Assembly (NCBI GenBank): GCA_002269645.1
Contig: NIVC01001178.1
Span: forward strand, 124,001-188,000
DNA length: 64,000 nt
From: Macrostomum lignano
Taxonomy: Eukaryota
Reading direction: 5' to 3'
The notes under the pieces: model-generated
Database searches by the model: none
Told to the model about the DNA's origin: nothing
The model's input: only the letters and a program-made list of their open reading frames with translations
Made by a program: the position numbers and the translations under genes
In this document: piece by piece, positions 49,291 to 62,600 of the stretch
How positions within the stretch are numbered: position 1 is the stretch's first letter
Layout of the letters: every line of letters begins with the position of its first letter

Positions 49291-50309
49291 CACATTCATG
49301 TATGTAATGGCTTGATTTGGAATGCTTTCTATATATGTATGTTTTGCGAATAGAGGACCCGGCCACAATTCAAGCGTTATCTTTGGTCGGGGTTCTCCTC
49401 AACTACATGTACTACTTCTTAATTAACTTCTGCATTCAAAATTTAACATATACAAATTGCACACGGGATGTCAACCCCGTCGTGCTGCACACGTTTCAAA
49501 CACATGGGCGCATTATATTTTGTTAGTACATGTACAAGCGTATAATAGAGACGCATCGATCGAAAGCCGGCAGATGTTGCAGAGGGTATGCATATTAATT
49601 AGCCTGTCGACTTAGTCATTTCAGGGTTCAGTTTTACTTTTTTGCGGCTGCGGCGGGTAGTTTATTGGCAGTTGACGAAGTGACCAATGTTGGAACACTT
49701 CCTATTGGCCAGTTGACGAAGTGACCGAGGTTTGAGATCGCTTCATTGGCTAGTTGACGAAACGACCAGTGATAAAACCGAGTGGATGAAATGGCCAGTT
49801 GACGAAACGCCAGTTGACGAAATGACTAGGACCCAAAATTTTGAACGGGGGGGGGCGCAGACTACTAAGGTACATATGTATTCCCTATTTGTATTTGTAT
49901 TTTCCATATAAAAAATCAAAAAAATCAAACTCAACGGGGGGGCGCTCGCCCTGTGCGCCCCCCTCTAAATCCGCTACTGGCCCTGGTTTGAATTTTTATA
50001 ACTATTTAATGAAGAAAACTGTAACTTAACTGCACTTATTATATAGTTTGGATTATGTCAAATTTATTTACATATTTCTTATTCTCATATAGATTTGAGT
50101 AATACCTTAGGGACTAGGTTAGACTAGGCCCATCCCATTAAGGTGGGGCGGAGAAAGAAAATAAAAAATTGAAATGGGGTTGTTCGGGTTTTCTTCGAAA
50201 CCGGTTAGCGTTGTGTTCGCACGAATCAAGCCGGAAATCGCACAGACGAATCACAACGAAATTCTTCTCCTGTTTTACTCCGACAGCCGGGGTCCTCAAG
50301 TTCCGGGGG

Positions 50310-50498
50310 CAGTGGCGTAGGGAGGGGGGGGGATCAGGGGGGATGTATCCCCCCCGAAGAGCCTGACCAAAACTTTTTTGTTGCACTTTTTCGCTATACA
50401 TGCTACCATGTGAGCACTTTTACCTTGGTGTATCCCCCCCCGTAGGAAATTCACCTTGGTGTATCCCCCCCCGTAGGAAATTCCTGGCTACGCCCCTG
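50310..50498. mobile_element. hAT-like MITE
   Basis: TIRs CAGTGGCGTAG / CTACGCCCCTG; 8-bp TSD TCCGGGGG at 50302-50309 and 50499-50506. Confidence 0.9.
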
Positions 50499-52289
50499 TC
50501 CGGGGGAGGGTAGTCGTAATCGTAGCGGAGCGGTCGTGTAGCGGCGAGGTCGTTCAAATCGATGAAACACCGTAGTCGGAGATTCCTGACTCCGTAAAAT
50601 AATGCGTCAAATAGCTGAGTGGTTATACTTTCAGTAGGGTAGTTGCTGCCACCACCGTAATTTACGTATTACGGAACGGATAAGTCTCAGAGCAATCTTT
50701 GGGATGAGAACTTGGTTATTTTACGCCCCACGGCCAAATGACTCAAGAAATACTACGGCTGAACGTTAACGAATGAATTATTAATGGCTAATTTAATAAT
50801 GCCGGTTATTATTGAGCTCGGTTTAAGATAAACAGCAGGCGAGCATGGGATAAAGATAATATTATTATTAATGCACGAGAGATGGATTCGCTTGCTGCGG
50901 CGCCGGTGCGCTAGGTTGAACTTAATAAACGAAACGGTTAATTAATGAAAACAACTATTAAATTGAAGGAGGCGAAAATAAAAGAAAGTGGTCGTGGTGG
51001 TGGAGGAAGGGCGGAGGAGGTTTGAGGAAAACAGGGCTCAAAAAGCGGCATAAATAATCAAAAGGGGACGCTGACAAACACTGGAAACAGACGTTGGGCA
51101 ACAAAATTCACGGGATGGAATAGGCTCAAATACGTTGGGACACCGCGCGGATAAACAAAATTCAACATAGGGAACGACGAATAACAGTGAAGGGACGCGA
51201 CCAGGCCACGGAAAGGAAGGGGAGCTGGGCAAACGATGGACAAAAATTGGGGTGAAAAGACAGCGGATGGGACGGTATATTATAGTTTTGATTGCGCTTT
51301 AAATTATTCAAAATTAGGTTCAATCAATTACTTGTGGCATCCCGCCTGCCACACCATCTTATTTATTATTATCTACAAAATTGTAGACTATCCCTTTTGC
51401 CCTAGGCCTATACCTAAATTGATGATTAGGGGGTCTAGACTAACTGCTAGGTCTAGGCATTTTTTAATTTATTATATTGTACTATGCCTATAACATTTCA
51501 TAAATGTTATCACAATGTATGTCTATATCTCATTATCTAGCCATGCATTGGCCTTGCATATCAAAAGTAGGGTCTAGGACTCATTGCACAGTAGGCGTGA
51601 ATCACTCCTAAGAAAATAGCCTGCGTGTATACCTGGCATGCACCTCATAGAATCACGTGGAAAATTTATCGTGAAGTAGAAAAAGGATGAAAAAAGATTC
51701 ATTTTAAGCATAAACTTCAAGCCTTCTAAGTTTTTAAAGCTTATAATTTAGCATTTAAATAAACCTTTGTGTATATTGATTGTCTACTGTGAAAAGTAGG
51801 CCTCTATTGTCAAAGAAATAGAGAAATAAACCAAATTATTTGCCAAAAAGGTTGATTATACAGTTCAAAAAAGGTCATTTATTGTCACAATATTAAAAAG
51901 TCATGTACTGTCGCAACACTGGTGTAATTTTGAGAATGGGCATGCACTATTTTTTGGCATATATTTGTAAGTATCAATTTTTGCTTAGGTATATACCAAG
52001 CATGATCCAGACTATGGCATTGACACAATGTTTTTGTTGTATTTTATATGTTGGAATATATATTGATATGTGCTAAAAATGGCAAGTAGAGTACCCTTGT
52101 TATATGCTGGGAAATCCCAGTATAAAAGTCACCTAAACTATAGAATAGGCTTAGTGCTGTCTGTGTAAGCCTAATTAATATTTATAAAAAGGCAATTACT
52201 ATGTCTAGTGACCATGGTTTAAATAGTGAATAACCATACAAATAAATAACAATTAATAGTAGTATTATATTATTAACAATTATTATAGA

Positions 52290-54180
52290 TCTTAGCAAAA
52301 TAAATACTTGCTATCAGCTGAGTGGCTATATAGGTAACACTTGCCTTTCTGAACTAAAAATACTATAGCAGGCTTGCGCCTAACAGCTTTTACCTAGTAC
52401 CTCAAAGGCTACATCAAAGCCTTGCCCTGCCATCAAGTATAGCCTACATCAATAGGGAGTATTAGCAAAGCTATTTGGAAAGACAGCCTTGTGAAACAGG
52501 AAAGCATTTATACTAGCAATATTCAAGGATTTCATTTGATCTATCTGGTCTGTGCCACCCTTGATTGCATTGTAGTCGAGGATAACCTGCAGCTTCTAAG
52601 CTAGATATGCTGAAATGTCTAGACTGTTATGCTGCAATGACAGAATCAGTACTAGCTTATTTGTCTTGGCCTTATATGTGAAACCAACTGAATTTTGTCC
52701 TCTTCCGTACAAGCAAATTCAGTTGAGTGAAGCTTCCTATATTGGCAGGTTTATATCTATAGCGAAACCTCTTGGAAATATGCTTACATGCTGCCTAGAA
52801 AAATAAGGTTCCAGTGCTGATGACTTTATGCCAGGCTAAGTGAGTAGAAAAAATTGTCTACCATGATCCTTATGCCTGATCCTTGCAGACCTTCAGCCAA
52901 TTTTAACACCATATGCTCACCAAGACTGACCTCTTAATACTTTTCACATCTAGCATATATCTCCAGGTTCTAGCAACAAGTGGTGGCTACATTGTTTAGG
53001 CACCAGAACTTGAGACCATACTTTGCCAGCTTCATTAGCATGTATTGGACATACTGGCAGTGGCCTCAGTAAGGAAATAGTTGTTCATTAGCTGTCATTG
53101 CTCCAGAAGGAGTTGCTCACAAATCTATCAAGTAGGAGGCAAATAGTTGCAAGCTTGTCTCTTAGCAGCTGTGCTTCCCTTGTTACTCAGTTGTCAAAAC
53201 AAAGGAAATGAAGAAGCCTCTTGAAGCAAGACAAGCCTATTGTCTCAGAGAATATCTTTCATCTATAGTACTTGCTCCAAGGCTTCTCAATGCTCTCCAT
53301 ATTGCCCTTGAATATACTGCAGAAGATGCAAAGACTAAATGTAGCCATATATCTTATTTCATGTTATTAAAGACCAAGTGCAACTAAAAACACTAATGGC
53401 TTCTCAATTTGTTTTGCAAATGGTGTCTATTATATCAGTGTCAAACAAGAGTTTGAAGGCAGACTCTTTATCATGCAGTCTTGCTACAGCAAATTGCATT
53501 ATGCCAGGCTGGAGGCTGGAGCCTCTGCCCAACTTATGGCAGGGAATTTGTGTTCTAGGCTTGACTGCTTAGGCTCGCGTAGCAAAATAGCACATTTCTG
53601 GCCTGTGCTGCAGGTTCTGGTGACTCTATCCTGGAAGAGTCACTAGATAAGCTTCCAGGAACACCATAAAGCTCCACCTCAAGCTTTGCCTTCTCAATGT
53701 CAGACAGAGCTTCTTCTTGGCCAGACTCTTCTAAGTCAACATGTGCATCAGGAATACTAATGTCTTGAGAAAGAATTTTCTGTGGCGTATGAGATTTGGC
53801 TTCCTGCATTGGTTTGGCCATCCTTATCACAGTGTAGAAGTGGCACTACAGCATCAGAAATTTTTTGTCAAAGCTGACAGTCAAAAGTAATGATTTTTGG
53901 TTTGCAATGGCCTTTATATATGCTGGTGCATTGGCCATAGACATTTACTTATAATATACTTGGCCATACATACTTGGAAAGCAGAAATCAGAAACCAAAT
54001 AAGCTCAATTATTCAAGCTTCTATACATGACAGAGTGTTATTAATTTATATGCATAGAAAGACCCTAAAATTTGTAATTCTCCAAGAAAATTATTCAGCT
54101 AATGCATGCCATAATACTATGGATGATTGCTTATTGCTCAGTGGGGTCCAATGGACCCCCATTTATTGTTTGAGGGTTAA
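52290..54180 (-). mobile_element. piggyBac transposase pseudogene with one TTAA/CCCT terminus
   Basis: Minus strand: SAFKLLFDTDIIDTICKTN; FKRLLHFLCFDN*VTR...DKLA; ANEQLFPY*GHCQYVQYM..KLAKYGLKFW; IMVDNF; VILDYNAIKGGTDQIDQM. AGGG-TTAA end at 54173-54180. The other end was not found. Confidence 0.85.
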
Positions 54181-54703
54181 TATAGTTTAATTAATAAGTT
54201 TTTTGTATAATTCTGATTCTATACCTATAATAGCTATGTACTAGACAAAAAAATAAATAAAGATATTAGTTATTACATAGGTAATATTCAATATTTCTAA
54301 TATATTTTGCTTGAAAAAAGACATTTAAAAGGATATTTCTCTCTTCTCTTCTGCTCTTTCTCTTCTCTTTATTTTTTCTTCTTTCTCCACTCCTCTTTCA
54401 TCCTTTCTCCTCTCCTCTCCTTTCCTCTTCTCTTTTCACTGGCCTGAAATCATGCACAAAGGGTAAAGTTCTCTACTTGGCCATTTGGGTCAAAATATAG
54501 TCAACTGCTGATCTAGATGCATATATGCATAGGCCCATCTGCAACCCCTGATACATCTGACAAATATCTACTAGACAAATAACTTGGCATACAGTTGTAG
54601 ATATCTAGCTCATTTTAATAACCATTTGCTACACTAAGTGTTCATAGTTAATCAGATATTTTTTTGTTTTTTTTTCAGGTACAACAATCGCAATAATAAC
54701 TAG

Positions 54704-57700
54704 ATGAGCTTTTCACTGCACATATTGGGTCGTACAAATACTGTGTTTGCCAGAAGTACTATTAAAAGCTGCATCAACGCTAACAGTTTCGGCTTGAAAG
54801 CTCTATTTAGAAGCATGAGCTCGCAAAAGAAAGTGGCTGTGGTAAGTGCTATATAAAATATTTTATCTAGTATAAATATTGATAATTCACACAAATTTGT
54901 GATTTATTTTTTTAGGTTCTGTCTGGATGTGGTGTCTATGATGGCACTGAAGTACACGAGGCATCTTCGTGAGTTCATTGTTTTCTCTTAAAAATTACAT
55001 CCGCCTGTAACTATCTATAACTTCAGCTCATGTTTGAATTCAACACTGTTATTTCAGCTGCCTTGTACACCTAAGCCGCGAGGGTTCAGCCGTGTCAATG
55101 TTTGCACCAGACATTGACCAGATGCACGTTATTAATCATCTGAATGGCGATGTTATGTCGGAGAAACGGTTGGTGACTATTTTGTGTGCTTGTAAAGTTT
55201 TTTTGGTATTTGTTTTAAAGTAAATTTTAGGATCTCTTGTGTGATTGATGGGGATTCAGAATCCGTTGATTGATGGAGATTCAGAATCCGTTGATTGATG
55301 GGGATTCAGAATCCGTTGATTGATGGAGATTCAGAATCCATTGATTGATGGAGATTCAGAATCCGTTGATTGATGGAGATTCAGAATCCGTTGATTGATG
55401 GAGATTCAGAATCCCTTGATTGATGGGGATTCAGAATACTTTGATTGATGGGGATTCAGAATCCGTTGATTGATGGAGATTCAGAATCCGTTGATTGATG
55501 GAGATTCAGAATCCCTTGATTGATGGAGATTCAGAATCCGTTGATTGATGGAGATTCAGAATCCCTTGATTGATGGAGATTCAGAATCTGTTGATTGATG
55601 GAAATTCAGAATCCGTTGATTGATGGGGATTCAGAATCCCTTGATTGATGGAGATTTAGAATACCTGATTGATTGATTGATGGAGATTCAGAATCCCTTG
55701 ATTGATGGAGATTCAGAATCCCTTGATTGATGGAGATTCAGAATCCCTTGATTGATGGAGATTCAGAATCCCTTGATTGATGGGGATTCAGAATCCCTTG
55801 ATTGATGGAGATTCAGAATCCCTTGATTGATGGAGATTCAGAATCCGTTGATTGATGGAGATTCAGAATCCCTTGATTGATGGAGATTCAGAATCTGTTG
55901 ATTGATGGAAATTCAGAATCCGTTGATTGATGGGGATTCAGAATCCCTTGATTGATGGAGATTTAGAATACCTGATTGATTGATTGATGGAGATTCAGAA
56001 TCCCTTGATTGATGGAGATTCAGAATCCCTTGATTGATGGAGATTCAGAATCCCTTGATTGATGGAGATTCAGAATCCGTTGATTGATGGGGATTCAGAA
56101 TCCGTTGATTGATGGAGATTCAGAATCCATTGATTGATGGAGATTCAGAATCCGTTGATTGATGGAGATTCAGAATCCGTTGATTGATGGAGATTCAGAA
56201 TCCCTTGATTGATGGGGATTCAGAATACTTTGATTGATGGGGATTCAGAATCCGTTGATTGATGGAGATTCAGAATCCGTTGATTGATGGAGATTCAGAA
56301 TCCCTTGATTGATGGAGATTCAGAATCCCTTGATTGATGGAGATTCAGAATCCGTTGATTGATGGAGATTCAGAATCCCTTGATTGATGGAGATTCAGAA
56401 TCTGTTGATTGATGGAAATTCAGAATCCGTTGATTGATGGGGATTCAGAATCCCTTGATTGATGGAGATTTAGAATACCTGATTGATTGATTGATGGAGA
56501 TTCAGAATCCCTTGATTGATGGAGATTCAGAATCCCTTGATTGATGGAGATTCAGAATCCGTTGATTGATGGAGATTCAGAATCCCTTGATTGATGGAGA
56601 TTCAGAATCCCTTGATTGATGGAGATTCAGAATCCGTTGATTGATGGAGATTCAGAATCCGTTGATTGATGGAGATTCAGAGTCCGTTGATTGATGGAGA
56701 TTCAGAATCCCTTGATTGATGGAGATTCAGAATCCGTTGATTGATGGAGATTCAGAATCCGTTGATTGATGGAGATTCAGAATCCGTTGATTGATGGAGA
56801 CTTAAAATACCTGATTGATTGATTTATTGATTGATTGATGGGGATTTTAGAGTCCCTGATTCAATGATGGATAATTGATTCTCAGAATCCCTCGTACCCT
56901 GCCCAGCAACGTGCTGATCGAGTCTGCCCGAATCGCTCGCGGCAAGGCTGCGCCTCTGTCGCAACTGCGCGCCTCAGATTTCGACGCCATCATTTTTCCT
57001 GGCGGTTTCGGCGCAGCTAAAAATCTTTGCGATTTTGCAGTCAGCGGCAAGGACTGCATGGTGCAAGCGGATACCGCCAGGGTCATCGGCGAGTTTAATA
57101 AGGCCGGGAAACCTGTCGGTCTGTGCTGCATTGCTCCCGTGCTGGCTGCTAAATTGCTGCCAGGCTGTCAGGTGAGCTCAGACTTTTTATTCATTTTATC
57201 TCATCTCATTGCTTCATGCTTATGCGTTTCTATTTATCTCAGCATCTGCTCTCATCTCAGCATCTGCTCTCATCTCAGCATCTGCTCTCATCTCAGCATC
57301 TGCTCTCATCTCAGCATCTGCTCTCATCTCAGCATCTGCTCTCATCTTAGCATCTGCTCTCATCTCAGCATCTGCTCTCATCTCAGCATCTGCTCTCATC
57401 TCAGCATCTGCTCTCATTTCACGCTCTAATCTTATCTCGCGCTCTGATCTCATCTATCTTACGCTCTGACCTCATCTCATCTCACGCTCCAATCTTCTCT
57501 TACACTTTAATCTCACCTCACGTTATTATCTTATCTCACGCTCTTATCTCATCTCATGCTCTAATCTTATCTCATCTTACGCTCTGATCTGATCTCATCT
57601 CACGCTCTGATATTATCTCATGCTCTGGTCTTATCTCATCTTACGCTCTGATCTCATCTCATCTCACGCTCTGATCTTATCTCACTTTAATCTCACCTCA

Positions 57701-58562
57701 CGCTCTGATATTATCTCATGCTCTGGTCTTATCTCATCTCACGCTCTGATCTCATCTCATCTTACGCTCTGATCTCATCTCATCTCACGCTCTGATCTTA
57801 TCTCACTTTAATCTCACCTCACGCTCTGATATTATCTCATGCTCTGGTCTTATCTCATCTCACGCTCTGATCTCATCTCATCTTACGCTCTGATCTCATC
57901 TCATCTCACGCTCTGATCTTATCTCACTTTAATCTCACCTCACGCTCTGATATTATCTCATGCTCTGGTCTTATCTCATCTCACGCTCTGATCTCATCTC
58001 ATCTTACGCTCTGATCTCATCTCATCTCACGCTCTGATCTTATCTCACTTTAATCTCACCTCACGCTCTGATATTATCTCATGCTCTGGTCTTCTCTCAC
58101 GTTGTGGTCTTATCTCACGCTCTGATCTTATCCCAAGCTCTGATATTATCTCACAATATGTTCTAATCTCATCATCTGCTCTCATCTCACGCTCTGCTCT
58201 CATCTCATGCTCTGCTCTCATCTCACCATTTGCTTTTATCTCAATATGGTCTCATCTTACAATCTGTCCTCATCCCACTATCTGTTCTAATCTCACCGTC
58301 TGCTCTCATCTCACCCCGCCTAAATCTCGACCAGGTAACCATGGGCTCCGAGTCAGAAGAGGGCGGCCTCTGGCCTCACGCCGGAGCTACCCAGGCCATC
58401 GGGCCGCTCGGTGGCCAACACGTAATCCGCGGGGTCACCGAGTGCCTCGTTGACGACGCTAAAAAAGTGGTTACCACGCCCGCGTTCATGTGCGAAGCTC
58501 CGCTGCATCAGATCTACGAAGGAGTCGGCGCGTTGGTTCGAGAAGTGCTGCGTCTGGCCTAG
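54704..58562 (+). CDS. GATD3: ES1 protein homolog / glutamine amidotransferase-like class 1 domain protein 3, probably mitochondrial (264 aa)
   Basis: Exons 54704-54841, 54916-54968, 55058-55168, 56907-57171, 58335-58562; all GT-AG, 795 nt, in frame. [64 protein letters not shown]; basic Ser-rich N-terminal extension. Confidence 0.95.
55240..56830. repeat. 25-bp minisatellite in GATD3 intron 3 (~60 copies)
   Basis: Unit TTGATTGATGGAGATTCAGAATCC(G/C). Confidence 0.97.
57235..58320. repeat. 18-bp repeat plus compound ATCTC-based array in GATD3 intron 4
   Basis: ATCTCAGCATCTGCTCTC x~10, then a recurring ~120-bp block (CACTTTAATCTCACCTCACGCTCTGATATTATCTCATGCTCTGGTC). Confidence 0.92.
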
Positions 58563-59019
58563 AGATTTGATTGATTCGTAATCATCTAGAATCACGTAGC
58601 GTTTGCCCGTGTTTCCTTTGCTGTTTAATTCAATTTGTCCAACTTAACTACTCTTATCTGTCTCTCTCTACATACCCGCCTAAATTTACCCTCCAGTCAT
58701 TTACCCTCCAGTCATTTACCCTCCAGTCATTTCATCCTTCTAAACAGTTACCGGTAATTTCTTAGAAGCCAACAATTAGACTTTGTTTTTTTTTCTTTTC
58801 AATTTTGTCATATATTTAGAATGCTTTTTGAAAAAACCGTAAAAATAAATCAAGTTCATCCATTAGTTGCTGATAGTGTTCAGATTAATAATTACGAAAA
58901 TCAATTATCTTAATAATTTTTTTTCCAAGTCAGCAGTTAGTAGTTAGTAGTAGGGTTATCGATAGAGACATTTTTCGGATAGCTAAGGGTATTAATTAGA
59001 ATTTTTCAGATAGCTAGGG

Positions 59020-59535
59020 GATAGGGGTATTAATAGGGAATTTATTTAGATAGCTGGGGGTATTAATAGGGAATTTATTTAGATAGCTGGGGGTATTAAT
59101 GGGGAATTTGTTTAGATAGCTAGAGGTATTGATGAGGAATTTGCTCAGATATCTAAGGGTATTAATGGGGAATTTATTCAGATATCTGGGGGTATTAATG
59201 GGGAATTTATTCAGATAGCCAGGGGTATTAATGAGGAATTTGTTCAGATAGCCAGGGGTATTAATGAGGAATTTGTTCAGATAGCTAGGGGTATTAATGG
59301 GGAATTTATTCAGATAGCCAGGGGTATTAATGAAGACTTTGTTCAGATAGCTAGGGGTATTAATGGGGAATTTATTCAGATAGCTAGGGGTATTAATGGG
59401 GAATTTATTCAGATAGCCAGGGGTATTAATGAGGAATTTGTTCAGATAGCTAGGGGTATTAATGGTTAATTTATTCAGATAGCCGAGGGTATTGATGAGG
59501 AGTTTATTCCGATGGCTAGGGGTATTAATGTGGAA
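59020..59535. repeat. 33-bp intergenic minisatellite (~15 copies)
   Basis: GGGGTATTAATG(G/A)GGAATTT(A/G)TTCAGATAGC(T/C)A. Confidence 0.95.
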
Positions 59536-59645
59536 TTCATAAAGTTTCACCCGTTCTAATGTAAATTTTACAATTGCTTTCTCTACACATGGTTATTCTA
59601 TTAATAATTTTCAGCGCAAAAAATTGAATGTATAAAAAATGAAAA

Positions 59646-62600
59646 ATGAACCAACTTGGCGTTGCAATCACAGTTCTTGCTGTTCTGTCGTCAGGCACCA
59701 CTGATGAAGCGCCTTCTACCCAAAGTCCCAGCAGCGCCGCCTCTTCTACAGTCAGTTTACTGTGTCGCTGCAATGACCACAATCACTGCCAACCATTGTC
59801 AGCAAATCTGACTGTTCCACCAGCCCCTACTACTGTTAGTAGCAATCAAAGCAGCACGAATAGCCTAGCAACTGATGTTGATGTTAGAAATTTGTTAATA
59901 TGCAAAGCACGCGGTGCCAGGCCTCACTGTTACGCGTCGAAGCATTTGGTTGGCAGTCAAATTGTAGTTCAATACGGTTGCTTAGCCAAGGATAGCAACG
60001 TATTGCAGTGCATCGGTACCTCAGCTGGTGTACACTCGACTCCCAGAGCTCTGCAGTGCTGCAACAGTAGCAATCTGTGCAATTTGTACTTTAATCCTCG
60101 CCTACCGGATGGACTGTCGCCTTTGCCATCGTCTAAGCCGCCTTCGTTTACCACGGGAACCAATAGTGATGACAATAAAGGTCAATTAGCAATAGGTTCC
60201 GGGTCGGCACTCACTATGATTGCTCTGGTGTCAGTCAGTGTAGCATTCGTCATTGTACTTTTAACAGCGGCTTTGTACTTTATCGTTCGCCGTCTAAGAC
60301 GAAAATGTCGCGGCGGCGGCGGCGGCGGTGGCAAGTCATTGACAACTACAGACATGATGGAGCTGAGACCCATTGGTCAGCATGGAGATCAGCACACGGT
60401 GACAACTCCTCTGACTAATGTTGACAGCCAGCAGGAGCCAATGACTCAGAGTTTGTACAGTCCGCCTGGTCTGGAGTTCAGCAGCGGCAGTGGCAGCGGT
60501 GTCCCCAAAATTGTACAGCGGACCATTGCTAAAGAGGTGAATTGGATTGCAGTCATCTGATCTGGTCTCCTCTCTGATCTCTAATATCTCTCTCTATCTT
60601 TCTAATCTCCCCTCAGATCTCTGATCTCCTGATCTCTTCTTCTGATCTCTAATCTCCCCCTTGGTTTCTGTAATCTCACCCTTCTTCTGATCACTAATCT
60701 CCCCTTTGATTTCTGTAATCTCCCTCTTCTGATCTCTAATCTCCCCTTTGGTTTTTGTAATCTCACCCTTCTGATCTCTTATCTCTTTGAGTTCTGTAAT
60801 CTCACCCTTCTGATTTCTAATCTTCCCTTTAATTTCTGTAATCTCACCCTCTGGTCTCTAATCTCCCCTTTGGTTTCTGTAATCTGTAAGCTCCCCTCTT
60901 ATCTCTCTTTATCTCTCTCTCAGATTTTCCTATCTATCTAAATCTACTTTCTCACCTTTGTCTATAATTTCGCTTTAATTATCCCCTCATCCTTTTCCCT
61001 GATCTATTAAATATATATATATATATATCTCATCTCTAATCTTCATCTGATGTTCTGTCTAATCTCTCATTCATTGTCTCTCTCTGCGCCCCTACTCTTA
61101 CTTCATATATTGTCAAGATCCCTGTTACATTCGTTTGCCATTCTAATAACAGGTCTAATAAATCTTCTATACTCTGACAGAATCAAAGTGACACAAGACC
61201 TTGATATTTTTTCCTACTTAAAATTCAGGTGTGCCATCTTCAAGCCGTTGGCCGGGGCCGTTTTGGCGAAGTTTGGCGCGGCGAATGGCGCCACGAAGAC
61301 GTGGCAGTGAAGGTGTTCTACTCAACCGAAGAGGCCAGCTGGGCCAGAGAGTCGTCAATCTATGAGCAGTGCCTCATGCGACACGAGAATGTTCTGGCGT
61401 TTCTGGCCTCCGACATCTGCGGCACCGGAGGCTGGACTCAGATGGTGCTCATCACTGAGTATCATCCGCTTGGCTCTTTGCACGATTTCTTAAGCCAGCA
61501 GCCCGTGCTGACGCTCGGCAACACGATTCGACTGCTGTTCTCCGCTGCCAAGGGTCTGGCATTTCTGCACACTGAGATCTGCGGCAGCCCAGGCAAACCC
61601 GCACTGGCGCACAGGGATATCAAGAGCAGGAATATACTGGTGAAGACTGGTGGTGTCTGCTGCATTGCCGATCTGGGCCTGGCTGTGCGATACTCTAGGT
61701 GAGCTGCTGGAGTCTTGCGGTTTCTCATTGGGGAGAGAGATCCTCAGTTGCTGTGGGATACTAGCCTCCCAGATCCTCAGTTACTGTGGGATACTAGACT
61801 CCCAGATACTTGCTGGGCCAGCCTCCCAGATCCTCAGTTGTTGGACCAGCCTCCCAGATCCTCAGTTGTTGGACCAGCCTCCCAGATCCTCAGTTGCTGG
61901 GCCAGCCTCCCAGATCCTCAGTTGCTGGGCCAGCCTCCCAGATCCTCAGCTGCTGGGCCAGCCTCCCAGATCCTCAGTTGCTATGCCAGCCTCCCAGATC
62001 CTCAGTTGCTGTGCCAGCCTCCCAGATCCTCAGTTGCTGGGCCAGCCTCCCAGGTCCTCAGTTGCTGTGGCACTAGTCTCCCAGATCCTCAGTTGCTGGG
62101 CCAGCCTCCCAGATCCTCAGCTGCTGGGCCAGCCTCCCAGATCCTCAGTTGTTGGACCAGCCTCCCAGATCCTCAGTTGCTGGGTCAGCCTCCCAGGTCC
62201 TCAGTTGCTGTGGCACTAGCCTCCCAGATCCTCAGTTGCTGGGCCAGCCTCCCAGATCCTCAGTTGCTGGGCCAGCCTCCCAGATCCTCAGCTACTGGGC
62301 CAGCCTCCCAGGTCCTCAGTTGTTGGACCAGCCTCCCAGATCCTCAGTTGTTGGACCAGCCTCCCAGATCCTCAGTTGTTGGACCAGCCTCCCAGATCCT
62401 CAGTTGCTGGGCCAGCCTTCAAGATCCTCAGTTGCTGGGCCAGCCTCCCAGATCCCCAGTTGCTGGGCCAGCCTCCTAGATCCTCAGTTGCTGTGCCAGC
62501 CTCCCAGATCCTCAGTTGCTGGGCCAGCCTCCCAGATCCTCAGTTGCTGGGCCAGCCTCCCAGGTCCCAGTTGTTGGACCAGCCTCCCAGATCCTCAGTT

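Larger units (their letters stand above)
47044..49834. mobile_element. Non-autonomous MULE-like element nested in the hAT MITE
   Basis: Inverted GTCATTTCGTCAACTGGCGTTTCGTCAACT ends with TTGACGAA subterminal repeats; AAAATTTTG duplicated at 47035-47043 and 49835-49843. Confidence 0.8.
47020..49979. mobile_element. Short hAT-like MITE split by nested insertions
   Basis: TIRs CAGTAGCGGAT / ATCCGCTACTG; 8-bp TSD GCCCTGGT at 47012-47019 and 49980-49987. Confidence 0.88.

Noticed and set aside
55240-56830. CRISPR-like appearance of regular repeats (also 15477-15840, 34970-35880, 61738-62612)
   Set aside because: Units are head-to-tail with no unique spacers, there are no cas genes, and the context is eukaryotic and intronic.
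59014-59550. 178-aa minus-strand ORF (INTPSYLNKF repeats)
   Set aside because: Translation of a 33-bp minisatellite; no coding signal.
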